From NCBI GenBank assembly GCA_031400975.1, contig JANNQX010000196.1:3376-67375 (forward strand): a stretch of DNA of 64,000 nucleotides. Reading direction: 5' to 3'. Source of the stretch: Gemmatimonadota bacterium (GTDB lineage Bacteria; Gemmatimonadota; Gemmatimonadetes; Gemmatimonadales; GWC2-71-9). A model generated the notes under the pieces. That model made no database searches. It saw only the letters and a list, made by a program, of their open reading frames with translations, and was not told the origin of the DNA. Below are positions 20,910-29,834 of this stretch, one piece after another. Numbering within the stretch: position 1 is the stretch's first letter; the number at the start of each line of letters is the position of its first letter. A program made the position numbers and the translations under genes.

Positions 20910-22004
20910 TTATTCCACTGCTCTCTGCTGGCCGGATCGGAGTCGCGGGAACGGTTCGGTTTTGAGCCGCCGAGGCACCCGCAGGGTCACGACCGTTCCG
21001 CCTCCAGGGCGCTCGGCCAACTCAAGGCGGCCGGCATCCCCGTAGAGCCGAGCCAATCTCGCCCGAAGGTTCGCCAGGCCAACGCCGCCGCCGAGCTTCC
21101 CCGGCCCGCCGCTGAGCCCCCCGCCGTCGTCCTCCACCGTGAGCACCACCGCGTCTTGATCGCGTCGGGCGCTGATCACGACTCGCCCGGGCCCAGGACG
21201 GGGCCCGATGCCATGGAGAATGGCGTTTTCGACCAAAGGCTGAAGCCCAAAGGCCGGCACCAGGACAGGCTCCGTCTCGGTAATCGCCCATTCCACAGCC
21301 AGCCGGTCGGCAAATCGAACCTGTTCGATCTCGAGATACCTGGTGGTGACCTCGAGCTCCTGCTGCAGGGTGACTTCCTGCGTTTCGCCGGCCTTCAGCG
21401 TGGCCCGGAGCAAATCGGCCAACCGAACCACGGTCCGCTGCGCCAACGGGGGATCCTTACCGATGAGCGTCACCACGGAATTCAAGGCATTGAAGAGGAA
21501 GTGCGGGTTCAGCTGCGACTGGAGTGCCCGCAACTGGGCCACCGCCAGGTCCTGGCCTAACGTTGCGGTCAGGACATACCACCGCACCGACATGTGCACG
21601 AGGACGATGGCCCAGAAGATCACGGTAAAGAGATCGCCGTACTGCCGGACTCCAATGGCGAGGATACTGTCGAGGCCCCGTCGCTCGCTGATCCCGAAGG
21701 CCAGACCCACCGCGTTGACGACCAGAATCTGGCCCGCCACGACGAGGACCGAGAGCGGGATATGGGCCGCGAACGCCCGGATCACCCTGCCGCGTTGGAA
21801 GGGAAACCGGGTCCCCACGGCCGCGATCACGACCGACCACCCGCCCCAGGCGAGCCACATCAGCAACTGGGACGCCAGCGACTGCCAGAGGGTCAGGCCC
21901 GGGTTCAGACGGCTTGGCACCAGCCACAGCCCAAGGGTGGCAACCAGAGCTGGAAGGACCCAAAACGCGAGCAGGACGAGACGGACCCTGGGGGCCGCTT
22001 TCAC
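20910..22004 (-). CDS. LytS/YehU-type sensor histidine kinase
   Basis: Multi-TM N-terminus. His_kinase signature LNPHFLFNALNSV. HATPase_c motifs (ENAILHG, DDGGG, GVGLANLRARL). GTG start overlaps the response-regulator stop (GTGA). Confidence 0.85.
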   Translation of the reverse strand: MKAAPRVRLVLLAFWVLPALVATLGLWLVPSRLNPGLTLWQSLASQLLMWLAWGGWSVVIAAVGTRFPFQRGRVIRAFAAHIPLSVLVVAGQILVVNAVGLAFGISERRGLDSILAIGVRQYGDLFTVIFWAIVLVHMSVRWYVLTATLGQDLAVAQLRALQSQLNPHFLFNALNSVVTLIGKDPPLAQRTVVRLADLLRATLKAGETQEVTLQQELEVTTRYLEIEQVRFADRLAVEWAITETEPVLVPAFGLQPLVENAILHGIGPRPGPGRVVISARRDQDAVVLTVEDDGGGLSGGPGKLGGGVGLANLRARLARLYGDAGRLELAERPGGGTVVTLRVPRRLKTEPFPRLRSGQQRAVE

Positions 22005-22789
22005 TCTTCCCCAGCAATCCGGCGGGCCAGCGTCTCGCGGTGACCGCGGCTCACCCGAAGCTTGGAACCGTCCTTCAGCACCATGATCTGGTCGCCGCCA
22101 AACCAGGGCTGGATCTCTTTCATGGCGTTCAGGTCGACAATGAAGCGGCGATGAATCCGGACGAACCGACTGGGGTCAAGCCGGGATTCGAGGCTCGAAA
22201 GGGACTCCCGCAGGATGTGCTTTTCGCCCCTGGTGTGGAGGGCGACATAGTTGCCCGACGACTCGACGAGAAAGACGTCGGCCAGCGAGAGCATAATGGT
22301 CCGGCCCTCCTTCTTGATCGCGACCCGGTCGGCGAACTTTCGAGGCCCCCGCGCCCGCCCGGTTGGAAGGTCGGCCGCCTCAACCAAGACCGACAGCCGG
22401 CGCGCTTCGGCAACGAGGGCGCCGGTCGCCAGTACGCCGGTCAGTCGCCGCCAGGCCGCCTGGAATCGCTCGTCGTCGAATGGCTTCAGGAGGTAGTCAA
22501 CCGCGGCCACCTCAAAGGCCCGGACGGCATGGTCGTCGTGGGCCGTGGCAAAGACCGTTGGGGGCATCCGCTCGGGGCCGATAGCCTCGATCACATCGAA
22601 CCCGGACCGGCCCGGCATTTGGACGTCAAGAATGACCGCTTCTGGGCGCCAGGCCTCGATCAACCGGACCGCCGAGTCGCCATCGCCCGCCTCGCGGATT
22701 TCGACGCCGGGTGCCACCTGGCGGACCAGCCCGGCGACCCGCTCGCGAGCGAGCGGCTCATCATCGACGATCAACACTCGCTCAATCAT
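22001..22789 (-). CDS. LytTR-family response regulator (REC plus LytTR DNA-binding domain)
   Basis: Trimmed to ATG 22789 (MIERVLIVDDEPLARE); the longer track ORF reads through the heptamer array. REC motifs (DD, ILDVQMPG, KP); LytTR motif FVRIHRRFIVDLN. Confidence 0.88.
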   Translation of the reverse strand: MIERVLIVDDEPLARERVAGLVRQVAPGVEIREAGDGDSAVRLIEAWRPEAVILDVQMPGRSGFDVIEAIGPERMPPTVFATAHDDHAVRAFEVAAVDYLLKPFDDERFQAAWRRLTGVLATGALVAEARRLSVLVEAADLPTGRARGPRKFADRVAIKKEGRTIMLSLADVFLVESSGNYVALHTRGEKHILRESLSSLESRLDPSRFVRIHRRFIVDLNAMKEIQPWFGGDQIMVLKDGSKLRVSRGHRETLARRIAGEE

Positions 22790-22826
22790 CAAACCAATTT
22801 GCGGCCCCGGGCGACCGGAGCCAAGT

Positions 22827-22875
22827 CTCGGCGCTCGGCACTCGGCGCTCGGCACTCGGCGCTCGGCGCTCGGCG
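22827..22875 (+). repeat. Seven perfect-phase tandem heptamers (CTCGGCG/CTCGGCA)
   Basis: ctcggcg ctcggca ctcggcg ctcggca ctcggcg ctcggcg ctcggcg, abutting the Nudix stop codon (cta at 22876-22878) and 38 nt upstream of the LytTR start. Confidence 0.92.
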
Positions 22876-23346
22876 CTAGTGGATCCGGAGGACGTCTTCG
22901 AGGGGGCCGGCGGAACCGCTGGCCAGGAGGACGGCAAGATCGGCCACCGCCCGGCGCTCGCGGGGCCAGGCTAAGACACCCAAGGCCTCGGTGATGCCGG
23001 CCCAGCGATAGTCGTCGTGCTCGGCGGAGAGAATCACGGCGGCCGCCGGGTCCACGATGCCGGCAAACGCGGGAATCAGTGCCACCTCATCGGTATGGTG
23101 CAGGTAGAAGAACTCGGCCCGGCTCAGGTTGTAGAGGCGCTGCACGGTGAGGCCGGTCTCCTCGAACAGTTCGCGATCGGCGGCCTCTACGGCCGTTTCG
23201 CCCGCTTCGATATGACCGTGGACCGATTCCCAGGCTCCAGTGCACCGAACGGTCGGACTTCGGCGGAGCAGCAGGGTCTCCATCCGGCCGGCCACCCACC
23301 GGACCGGATAGATGTCGATGTAGCGAATCGAAGTTGGGAGGGTCAA
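22876..23346 (-). CDS. Nudix hydrolase
   Basis: Nudix box GHIEAGETAVEAADRELFEETGL. TTG start overlaps the stop of the upstream ATPase (TTGA). Confidence 0.85.
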   Translation of the reverse strand: MTLPTSIRYIDIYPVRWVAGRMETLLLRRSPTVRCTGAWESVHGHIEAGETAVEAADRELFEETGLTVQRLYNLSRAEFFYLHHTDEVALIPAFAGIVDPAAAVILSAEHDDYRWAGITEALGVLAWPRERRAVADLAVLLASGSAGPLEDVLRIH

Positions 23347-25604
23347 ACAGCCCGGCGTCGGGCCAGGAGGCTCTCGAGCCGGGCCGCCAGCGCCCGGGCC
23401 CGAAACGGCTTGGTGAGAAAGTCATCGGCCCCTAGCTCGAGGACCCGGACTTCGTTGTCCTCGTCGCCCTTCGCCGTGAGCACGATGACCGGCAGATTTC
23501 GGGTCGCGTCCCGGGACCGGACTTGGGAGAGTACGGTGTAACCGTCGACACCCGGCAGGTTCAAATCGAGAATGACGAGATCGGGCGCGGCCCGATCGAT
23601 CTCCGCGAGCGCCTCCGCGCCGTCGCGCGCCTCGATGATCGTGAAGCCCTGGCGCTCGAGTAGATCTCGCATCACCCGCCGGAGCTGGTCCTCATCGTCC
23701 ACCAGTAACACCACCGAGCCTTTCCGAGTTAACTCGAATTGGGCAGCCGGAAGTTCGGAGTCGTCAAGGAGCTCAAAGGCCTGCGAAAATTGATCGAGAC
23801 CCGCGGGTGGGAGGATCACCGCACGAAGGGTCTGCGGCGTATGGCGCGGCTTGAGCTCCCGGACTGGCGGCGGCGCACCGGCGCGCAACGGCGGAGGCGC
23901 CGTCGGTGCCAGGCCGAAGTCCTCCCGAGGCGGATCGGTAACTCTGAGGGCCTCCTCCAACGAGGTGGCGCCACTGAGGACCTGCAACATGGCGCTTTCG
24001 AACAACGATCGCATTCCCGACGCCCGGGCGGCGGCGGCGATGTGATCGGCCGTGGCACCTGAGATCACCAACCGTTCGATCGTCGGGTTCATGACCAGGA
24101 TCTCGACGATCGCGAACCGGCCGAGGTACCCGGTCTGCCCGCACTCGCCGCAGCCGACGGCTTTGAATCGCGGGGCCGCACCGTCGACATGCTTGAGCAA
24201 CTTTCGAGGCAACGGATCAGAATCGGCGATTTTGCAGGTCGGGCAGAGCCGTCGCACCAACCGTTGGGCCACGACCCCACGAAGGGCCGCCCCGATCTTG
24301 TACGACTCCATCCCGATGTCGACCAACCGAGTGACGGTGTTGGGCGCGTCGTTCGTGTGGAGGGTCGAGAGCACCAAGTGGCCGGTGAGCGAGGCCTGCA
24401 CCGCGATCTGGGCCGTTTCCTGGTCGCGGATTTCCCCGATCAGGATCACGTCCGGATCCTGCCGCAGGATCGATCGGAGGGCGGCGGGAAACGTCATCCC
24501 GGCTTTTTCGTTGATTTGAACCTGAACGATCTTCTCGCCCAACCGGTACTCGACCGGATCTTCAACGGTGACGATGTTGACGCCGGTCGCTTGGACGGTC
24601 CGGAGCGCCGCGTACAGCGTGGTGGTCTTCCCGGAACCGGTCGGCCCGGTCACCAGCAGGATCCCCTCTTTGCTATCGAGCAGTTTGTTGAACGTGGCCC
24701 GCTCGTCAGAATCCAAGCCGAGATTGTCGAGACTGAGCAGCGTAGCCTTGGTGTTGAGAATTCGGATGACGACCTTCTCGCCCAGCGACGCCGGTAGGGT
24801 CGAGACCCGAAGATCGGTCGGCACCCCATTGACCGCGACCCGGCAGCGGCCATCCTGAGGCCGAAGCCGATCCGCGATGTCCATACCCGACATGATCTTG
24901 ATCCGAGAAATCAGGGGAATGCCCGCGGACCGGGGGATCTTCATCACCTCGCGGAGCACGCCGTCGATCCGATACCGCACCACCACACCGCCTTCACCGG
25001 GCTCGATGTGCACATCGCTGGCCCGACTGGTGATGCCATCCGCCAGCAGCGTATCCACCAGCTTGATGATCGGCCGGGCCCGAGCTTGGTCGGCCCCGGT
25101 GGCAATGTCATCGGGTTCATCCCGCAGCTGAGTGAACTCGTGATCTTCCTTGATCCCGTCCAGCAGCTTTTCGACCAGGTCGTCGGGCCGATACACTTCC
25201 TCGAGCTTTTCCCGGATCCGAGTCGGCGAACACACCGACAACCGAACCTCGAGCCCGGTGGCGAACGCCAGCATTTTCTCGGCGTCCATGTCGAACGGAT
25301 TGGCGGTGGCAATGTCGACCCAGCTATCGGTAGCTCGAAGGGGAATGACACTGAACCGGCGGGCGAGCTGCTCGGGAACTTTCTCAACGACTCGCCGGTC
25401 GACTTGGTTGAGGTCAGCGATCGGAAGCCGGAACCGGGTTGAGACAGCTTGGAGGACCGCATCGTCGGAGAGGACCCGTTGGTCCAGCAGATGCTGCCAC
25501 AATGACCCGCCTTCGCCGGCCCGGGTTCGGAGACCAGCGACCACTTCGGGGGCGACCAGCGACCCCAAAGCGGACACCAGCCATTCATCAGAGAAATGGG
25601 TCAC
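23343..25604 (-). CDS. GspE/PilB-family secretion ATPase with C-terminal response-regulator receiver domain
   Basis: T2SSE_N-like N-domain. Walker A GPTGSGKTTT, Asp box/Walker B DPDVILIGEIRD, His box GHLVLSTLHTND, tetracysteine CPTC...CGEC. Pro/Ala-rich linker, then REC (VVLLVDDED...DLVILDLNLPGVDG...VIVLTAKG...FLTKPF; about 23346-23723). GTG start. Confidence 0.9.
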   Translation of the reverse strand: MTHFSDEWLVSALGSLVAPEVVAGLRTRAGEGGSLWQHLLDQRVLSDDAVLQAVSTRFRLPIADLNQVDRRVVEKVPEQLARRFSVIPLRATDSWVDIATANPFDMDAEKMLAFATGLEVRLSVCSPTRIREKLEEVYRPDDLVEKLLDGIKEDHEFTQLRDEPDDIATGADQARARPIIKLVDTLLADGITSRASDVHIEPGEGGVVVRYRIDGVLREVMKIPRSAGIPLISRIKIMSGMDIADRLRPQDGRCRVAVNGVPTDLRVSTLPASLGEKVVIRILNTKATLLSLDNLGLDSDERATFNKLLDSKEGILLVTGPTGSGKTTTLYAALRTVQATGVNIVTVEDPVEYRLGEKIVQVQINEKAGMTFPAALRSILRQDPDVILIGEIRDQETAQIAVQASLTGHLVLSTLHTNDAPNTVTRLVDIGMESYKIGAALRGVVAQRLVRRLCPTCKIADSDPLPRKLLKHVDGAAPRFKAVGCGECGQTGYLGRFAIVEILVMNPTIERLVISGATADHIAAAARASGMRSLFESAMLQVLSGATSLEEALRVTDPPREDFGLAPTAPPPLRAGAPPPVRELKPRHTPQTLRAVILPPAGLDQFSQAFELLDDSELPAAQFELTRKGSVVLLVDDEDQLRRVMRDLLERQGFTIIEARDGAEALAEIDRAAPDLVILDLNLPGVDGYTVLSQVRSRDATRNLPVIVLTAKGDEDNEVRVLELGADDFLTKPFRARALAARLESLLARRRAV

Positions 25605-25701
25605 AATGATTTGCCGAATCTGAATTGCGATGGACTAGAGCCGTCCGGTGCGAATTTTCCAAGCCTCGACCCGAATAATAGGCGGGTAACCCCAACCGCT
25701 G

Positions 25702-27714
25702 CTAGAGGATAGGCCACCAGGTCCGGGTAAAATCGAGCCCGACCGACCAACCCCCGCCCCGCCAACCCCGCCCGGCCTCGAGACGGAGCATCCGTTCGAA
25801 CAATTCAATCGCCACCCCGACCGCCGGGCGAACCCCCCCGCCAGCCTGCCAGGGCGCTCCCAGGATCTGGCCGCCCGCTAGCCCCGCCCCCAAGGTCGGT
25901 CCCACCATCATGGTCGGACTGGTCCGACCGAACGGGCCGAGCGGAACCGATGGCCCGGGCACCCTAACCAGCCACTCGAGCTTCGCCAAGGCGAGGCGCC
26001 GGCCTCCGAACCCCCGGAACGGGACCCCTGGCAGAGTCCCGGGGCCCCCAAAAACGAACGACCGGCGACGAGGAAGGTTGCTGCTCCCCACCCCCCCGGA
26101 CCCCATCAAACTGAGCCTGCCACCCCCGATCGGGCCGATCCATCGAGCCGAGACCTCGATTCGGGCAAACCCGTCCGACCCAACCCCAACCTCGCTCGAG
26201 CCGTCGATCGCCAACCCGAGGCCATCAATCTCGGTGCCGCCGGCCCGAAAGCCGAGCCGACCAAAAGTGTACCCGTCGCCCCCCAGCGCTGGGTTCGGTC
26301 GATAGCTCCCCCGGGCCGGACGGGCATTCGTCGCCAGCGACTGGCCCCAATCGCGGCCCAGATCGGCCGTCAGGGTGCCCCAACGGTTCCGCCATTGGGT
26401 GCCCAAGGCAATCCGGTCCCGGAGCCAATAGTCCCCCCAATCCCGACCGGCCTCTTGAGCGGTAACCGAATTGACCAGCCCGCTCACCGCAGGCGCCTCA
26501 GTCAAGTCAACGACCACATGCTCGGCGACCGCCGTGAACGACTGCCCGCCGATCACCCGGCCAAACAGAGCCCGGCCCGTCAGTCTGCCGCCACTCGTAG
26601 CCAGGCCGGCCGTGAGCGCGAGGCGCGCCAGGCCACCCTGCCAAGCCACCCCCGCACCAATTCTGAGCCCCTCGACTCTATTAACGCGCGCGATGTCGCT
26701 GAAACGGATCACCGCAAGCCGCCGGGGAGGCAGGCCGGTCAGTAACCGCCCCCGGAGGGTCCGACCCGCGACGGCCCGGACGTCGTCCAACACTCTCGAG
26801 TAACCCGGCCCGGCCGCCGAATCGACCGGAACGCGAATCGGGGAGGGCCACGACGGCCCCCCCGGACTCCGGAGGCCGGCAATCGCCGGCCCCGCCCATT
26901 CAACCGCGGCCGAATCATTCAGTTGGATATCGTCGATCCGCCACCGGCCCCGGATGATGCCCCGGACCGGAAAATCGACCACCGCCGAACGCCGTCGAAT
27001 TTCAATCTCTTGGGCGTACGGCAGCCAATGACGGCCGTCTACCAAGGACCGCTCCAACCGGACCGCGATGTCTTCAAGATCGCGATCTCGGTAGGCGGCT
27101 GGAGTAAAAGCCAAGCTCGACCGGACCACTTGGGCCCGGCCCAGATCGAGGTCCAAGGTGCCAACGGCAAGCGGCTGGCGAGGATCTTTAGGGCGGAATT
27201 CGAGCGTCACTACCACGATACGACCGGTAGGACCAGCAATGGTGACCGGAGCTCGGATCCTATAGTCGTAGAATACCGGGCCGTTGGGCGCGAGCGGATG
27301 GACGACATCCGCCACTTCATCGCCATCCCCAATCCGGATCATCGGGCCGAAATCGTTGGAAACGATCCCGAGATGATCCCGATGGTACGAGATCGCCACC
27401 GGAAAGAACGTCGAGTCCCGCCAGGCGACGATCACCTGCTTGCTCCGATCCGGCCTTTCCCAATACACTTCCACGTCGAGTTCGTCCGCCTTGAGCAGCT
27501 TCGGCGGCATCCCGACCACCAATCCGACCTCGGCGAGAAACAGAACGGTTCCATGGGCTCGCGCGCGATACGAAACCAAGTTCGAATCCGCCGCGGCGAG
27601 CACTCGCTCGCTGATGGCGCGCGCCACCAATTGGCGGGTTGCGTCATCGTTCCAGGCCTGGGCGACCACCCCCGTTGGCGCGAGCCCGGTCAGAGCCAGA
27701 AGCAGAACCCTCAT
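25702..27714 (-). CDS. Putative outer-membrane beta-barrel protein (Omp85/surface-antigen-like C-terminus)
   Basis: Track ORF 25702..28143 trimmed to ATG 27714 (MRVLLLALTGLAPTGVVAQA signal peptide). Gly/aromatic-rich alternating C-terminal half. Family assignment is tentative. Confidence 0.55.
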   Translation of the reverse strand: MRVLLLALTGLAPTGVVAQAWNDDATRQLVARAISERVLAAADSNLVSYRARAHGTVLFLAEVGLVVGMPPKLLKADELDVEVYWERPDRSKQVIVAWRDSTFFPVAISYHRDHLGIVSNDFGPMIRIGDGDEVADVVHPLAPNGPVFYDYRIRAPVTIAGPTGRIVVVTLEFRPKDPRQPLAVGTLDLDLGRAQVVRSSLAFTPAAYRDRDLEDIAVRLERSLVDGRHWLPYAQEIEIRRRSAVVDFPVRGIIRGRWRIDDIQLNDSAAVEWAGPAIAGLRSPGGPSWPSPIRVPVDSAAGPGYSRVLDDVRAVAGRTLRGRLLTGLPPRRLAVIRFSDIARVNRVEGLRIGAGVAWQGGLARLALTAGLATSGGRLTGRALFGRVIGGQSFTAVAEHVVVDLTEAPAVSGLVNSVTAQEAGRDWGDYWLRDRIALGTQWRNRWGTLTADLGRDWGQSLATNARPARGSYRPNPALGGDGYTFGRLGFRAGGTEIDGLGLAIDGSSEVGVGSDGFARIEVSARWIGPIGGGRLSLMGSGGVGSSNLPRRRSFVFGGPGTLPGVPFRGFGGRRLALAKLEWLVRVPGPSVPLGPFGRTSPTMMVGPTLGAGLAGGQILGAPWQAGGGVRPAVGVAIELFERMLRLEAGRGWRGGGWSVGLDFTRTWWPIL

Positions 27715-27768
27715 GGTCCGCAAAAGATAGACGCAGACCAAAGGCCCCGGCGAACTCTTGGATTCGGA

Positions 27769-28338
27769 GTGGTGGTCCTGCTGATAGTCGGGTGCGGGGG
27801 CGGCTCCGGCGGGCGCCCGGCGCCCGGCGTTCTCCCGCGGGATGCAGGGCCACCCCCGCCTCCCGCGGCTCCGATTGGCGCGATCTTCGTTCTGGAATCC
27901 GGCGGCACCGCACCGGAGGACACCGTCGTGGTGGTACCCGCGAACCGGGGCCGGGTGATCATGGTGCGGCGGGGGGCGCCCGACAACAGCCTGTTTGCCA
28001 GGATCGTCTTCCCGGCGGATAGCTCGCGGACCGATTCGATTCGAGTTACGGTCCGGCCTCGGCCCGGGCAATACGGAGTCGATCTCGACGCCGATCGCCC
28101 CCTCACCAGCGGCGTGACCGTCACGATCAGCTACGCCGTCCATTTCGTCGCGCCGGCCGGGGCACGCGACCAGTACGGCGGCGACCTCGGTTTCGAGCGG
28201 GCCCTATTCCTGGGCCGGGCCGGGCCCGACGGCCTGGTGACCTTTCTCCCGACCACCCGGCCGGGGTCCGACTTGGTGGCCGCGACGATTCCCGGCCCGG
28301 GCCGCTACCTGGTGGCCGCGCCGAAAGGCCCCCGTTGA
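27769..28338 (+). CDS. Hypothetical lipoprotein
   Basis: 3' part of track ORF 26923..28338. The first in-frame start after the divergent OMP gene is GTG 27769 (VVLLIVGCGGGSGG, lipobox-like). Beta-rich sequence. Stop overlaps the TTG start of the cyclase (TTGA). The start codon and short n-region are weak points. Confidence 0.4.
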   Translation: MVVLLIVGCGGGSGGRPAPGVLPRDAGPPPPPAAPIGAIFVLESGGTAPEDTVVVVPANRGRVIMVRRGAPDNSLFARIVFPADSSRTDSIRVTVRPRPGQYGVDLDADRPLTSGVTVTISYAVHFVAPAGARDQYGGDLGFERALFLGRAGPDGLVTFLPTTRPGSDLVAATIPGPGRYLVAAPKGPR

Positions 28339-29834
28339 CCTGGCGGCTTCAGGGCCTCGGCCGCGACCTCGGGATCTCGATTGGGACGGCGCCGGTGGTG
28401 GTCGGCCGAGCGCCTGAGGCTGATTTGATCATCGCCGACGTCACCGTATCGCGTCGCCACGCCGAGCTGGTGGTGGCCGGCCCCGGGCTCGCGATTCGCG
28501 ACCTCGGCAGTTCCAACGGGACCCGGATCAACGGCAACCGGGTCACGACCGGTCACGCCGGCGCCGGCGACACGATCGTCTTTGGAAACGTGGCCTTTCG
28601 GGTCGACCACGGAGACCCCCCGCCGGCCGATCTTGCCCCCGACAGCGCGATGGTTCGGAGCGTGTCGTTAGGCGGCGACCCCGACGCCCGGCTCGAATCC
28701 GGTCAGCTGGCCCGGATTCTCGATCTCGCCAAACGGCTGTCCGGCGAGATCGACCCGGACCGGCTCACCACCGCGATCGTCGAACTCACCTTCGACCTGT
28801 TGCCGGTCGACCGAGTGTCGCTCCTGTTGATCGACGAGTCCTCCGGCGAGTTGATTCCGGCCGCTTCCAAGACCCGCCTCGATCACGGGACCGGAACCCA
28901 AGTGCCGCGATCGATCGCGACCCGGGCGGTCGCCGATCGCGCCCCGATCCTGACGGAAAGCGCCGTCGACGACGAGCGGTTCCGGAGCGGATCGGTCATG
29001 CTCCAAAGTGTCCGGGCGGCGATCTGCACCCCGCTCATGGCCTCCAAGGACCAGGTCCTCGGCGTGCTGTACGTCGACACCCTTACGGCCACCCGGCCGT
29101 TCCGGGACGACGAAGCGACGATGCTCTACGCCTTTGGAGGCCTGGCGGCCGTCAGCCTGAGCAAGCTCGCCTACGCGGAAACGATGCGCCGCGAGGCCCA
29201 AGTCCGGGCGAATTTCGAGCGTTTCTTCGCTCCCGGGGTAGCCGCACGGATCGCCAAAGAGAAAGGCGTCATCGGCCTGACCGGCGAGCGCCGGCCGGTG
29301 ACCATCCTGTTCAGCGACATCCGCGGCTTCACCGCCATCGCCGAGACGATGGCACCCGAAGCGTTGGGCTCCCTCCTCACCGACTATTTCAACGAAATGG
29401 TCGACATCGTCTTCGACCATGGCGGTACCCTCGACAAGTTTATCGGCGATGCGATTATGGCCGTCTGGGGCGCCCCCCTCACCGATCCCGACGATGCGAA
29501 TAAGGCCCTCAGTGCCGCGATCGCCATGCAACAACGGATGGACCAGCTGAATGCCCGCTGGGCGGCCACCGGACAGGCACCCTTGTCGATCGGAATCGGC
29601 CTCAACTACGGAGAGGTGTTTGCCGGGTACCTAGGCAGCGAACGGCGCCTGGAGTACAGTGTCATTGGCGATCCGGTCAACATCGCCTCGCGGCTGTGCG
29701 ACGACGCCGCCCCTGGGGAAATTCGCCTGGCTGAGCCGTTCGTCCAGCAGCTGACGACCCGCCCCGCCCTGACCCGGCTGCCCGACATCGAGCTCAAGCA
29801 CAAGCAGAACCGGGTCGTGGTCTTCAGCCTGTGA
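28335..29834 (+). CDS. FHA - GAF - class III adenylate/guanylate cyclase
   Basis: FHA (VVVGRAPEADLIIADVTVSRRHAEL...LGSSNGTRINGN). GAF-like middle region. Cyclase motifs VTILFSDIRGFTAIAE, KFIGDAIMAVWGAP, GLNYGEVFAGYLGS...YSVIGDPVNIASRL. Confidence 0.88.
   Translation: MTWRLQGLGRDLGISIGTAPVVVGRAPEADLIIADVTVSRRHAELVVAGPGLAIRDLGSSNGTRINGNRVTTGHAGAGDTIVFGNVAFRVDHGDPPPADLAPDSAMVRSVSLGGDPDARLESGQLARILDLAKRLSGEIDPDRLTTAIVELTFDLLPVDRVSLLLIDESSGELIPAASKTRLDHGTGTQVPRSIATRAVADRAPILTESAVDDERFRSGSVMLQSVRAAICTPLMASKDQVLGVLYVDTLTATRPFRDDEATMLYAFGGLAAVSLSKLAYAETMRREAQVRANFERFFAPGVAARIAKEKGVIGLTGERRPVTILFSDIRGFTAIAETMAPEALGSLLTDYFNEMVDIVFDHGGTLDKFIGDAIMAVWGAPLTDPDDANKALSAAIAMQQRMDQLNARWAATGQAPLSIGIGLNYGEVFAGYLGSERRLEYSVIGDPVNIASRLCDDAAPGEIRLAEPFVQQLTTRPALTRLPDIELKHKQNRVVVFSL

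Noticed and set aside
22827-22875. Could the tandem repeats be a CRISPR array?
   Set aside because: The units are 7 nt with no spacers, and no cas genes are in the window. This is a microsatellite-like array, not CRISPR.
26923-27768. 5' two thirds of the 471-aa plus-strand ORF 26923..28338
   Set aside because: This part is antisense to the signal-peptide-bearing OMP gene. Only the portion after 27769, outside that gene, looks like a real lipoprotein-like protein.
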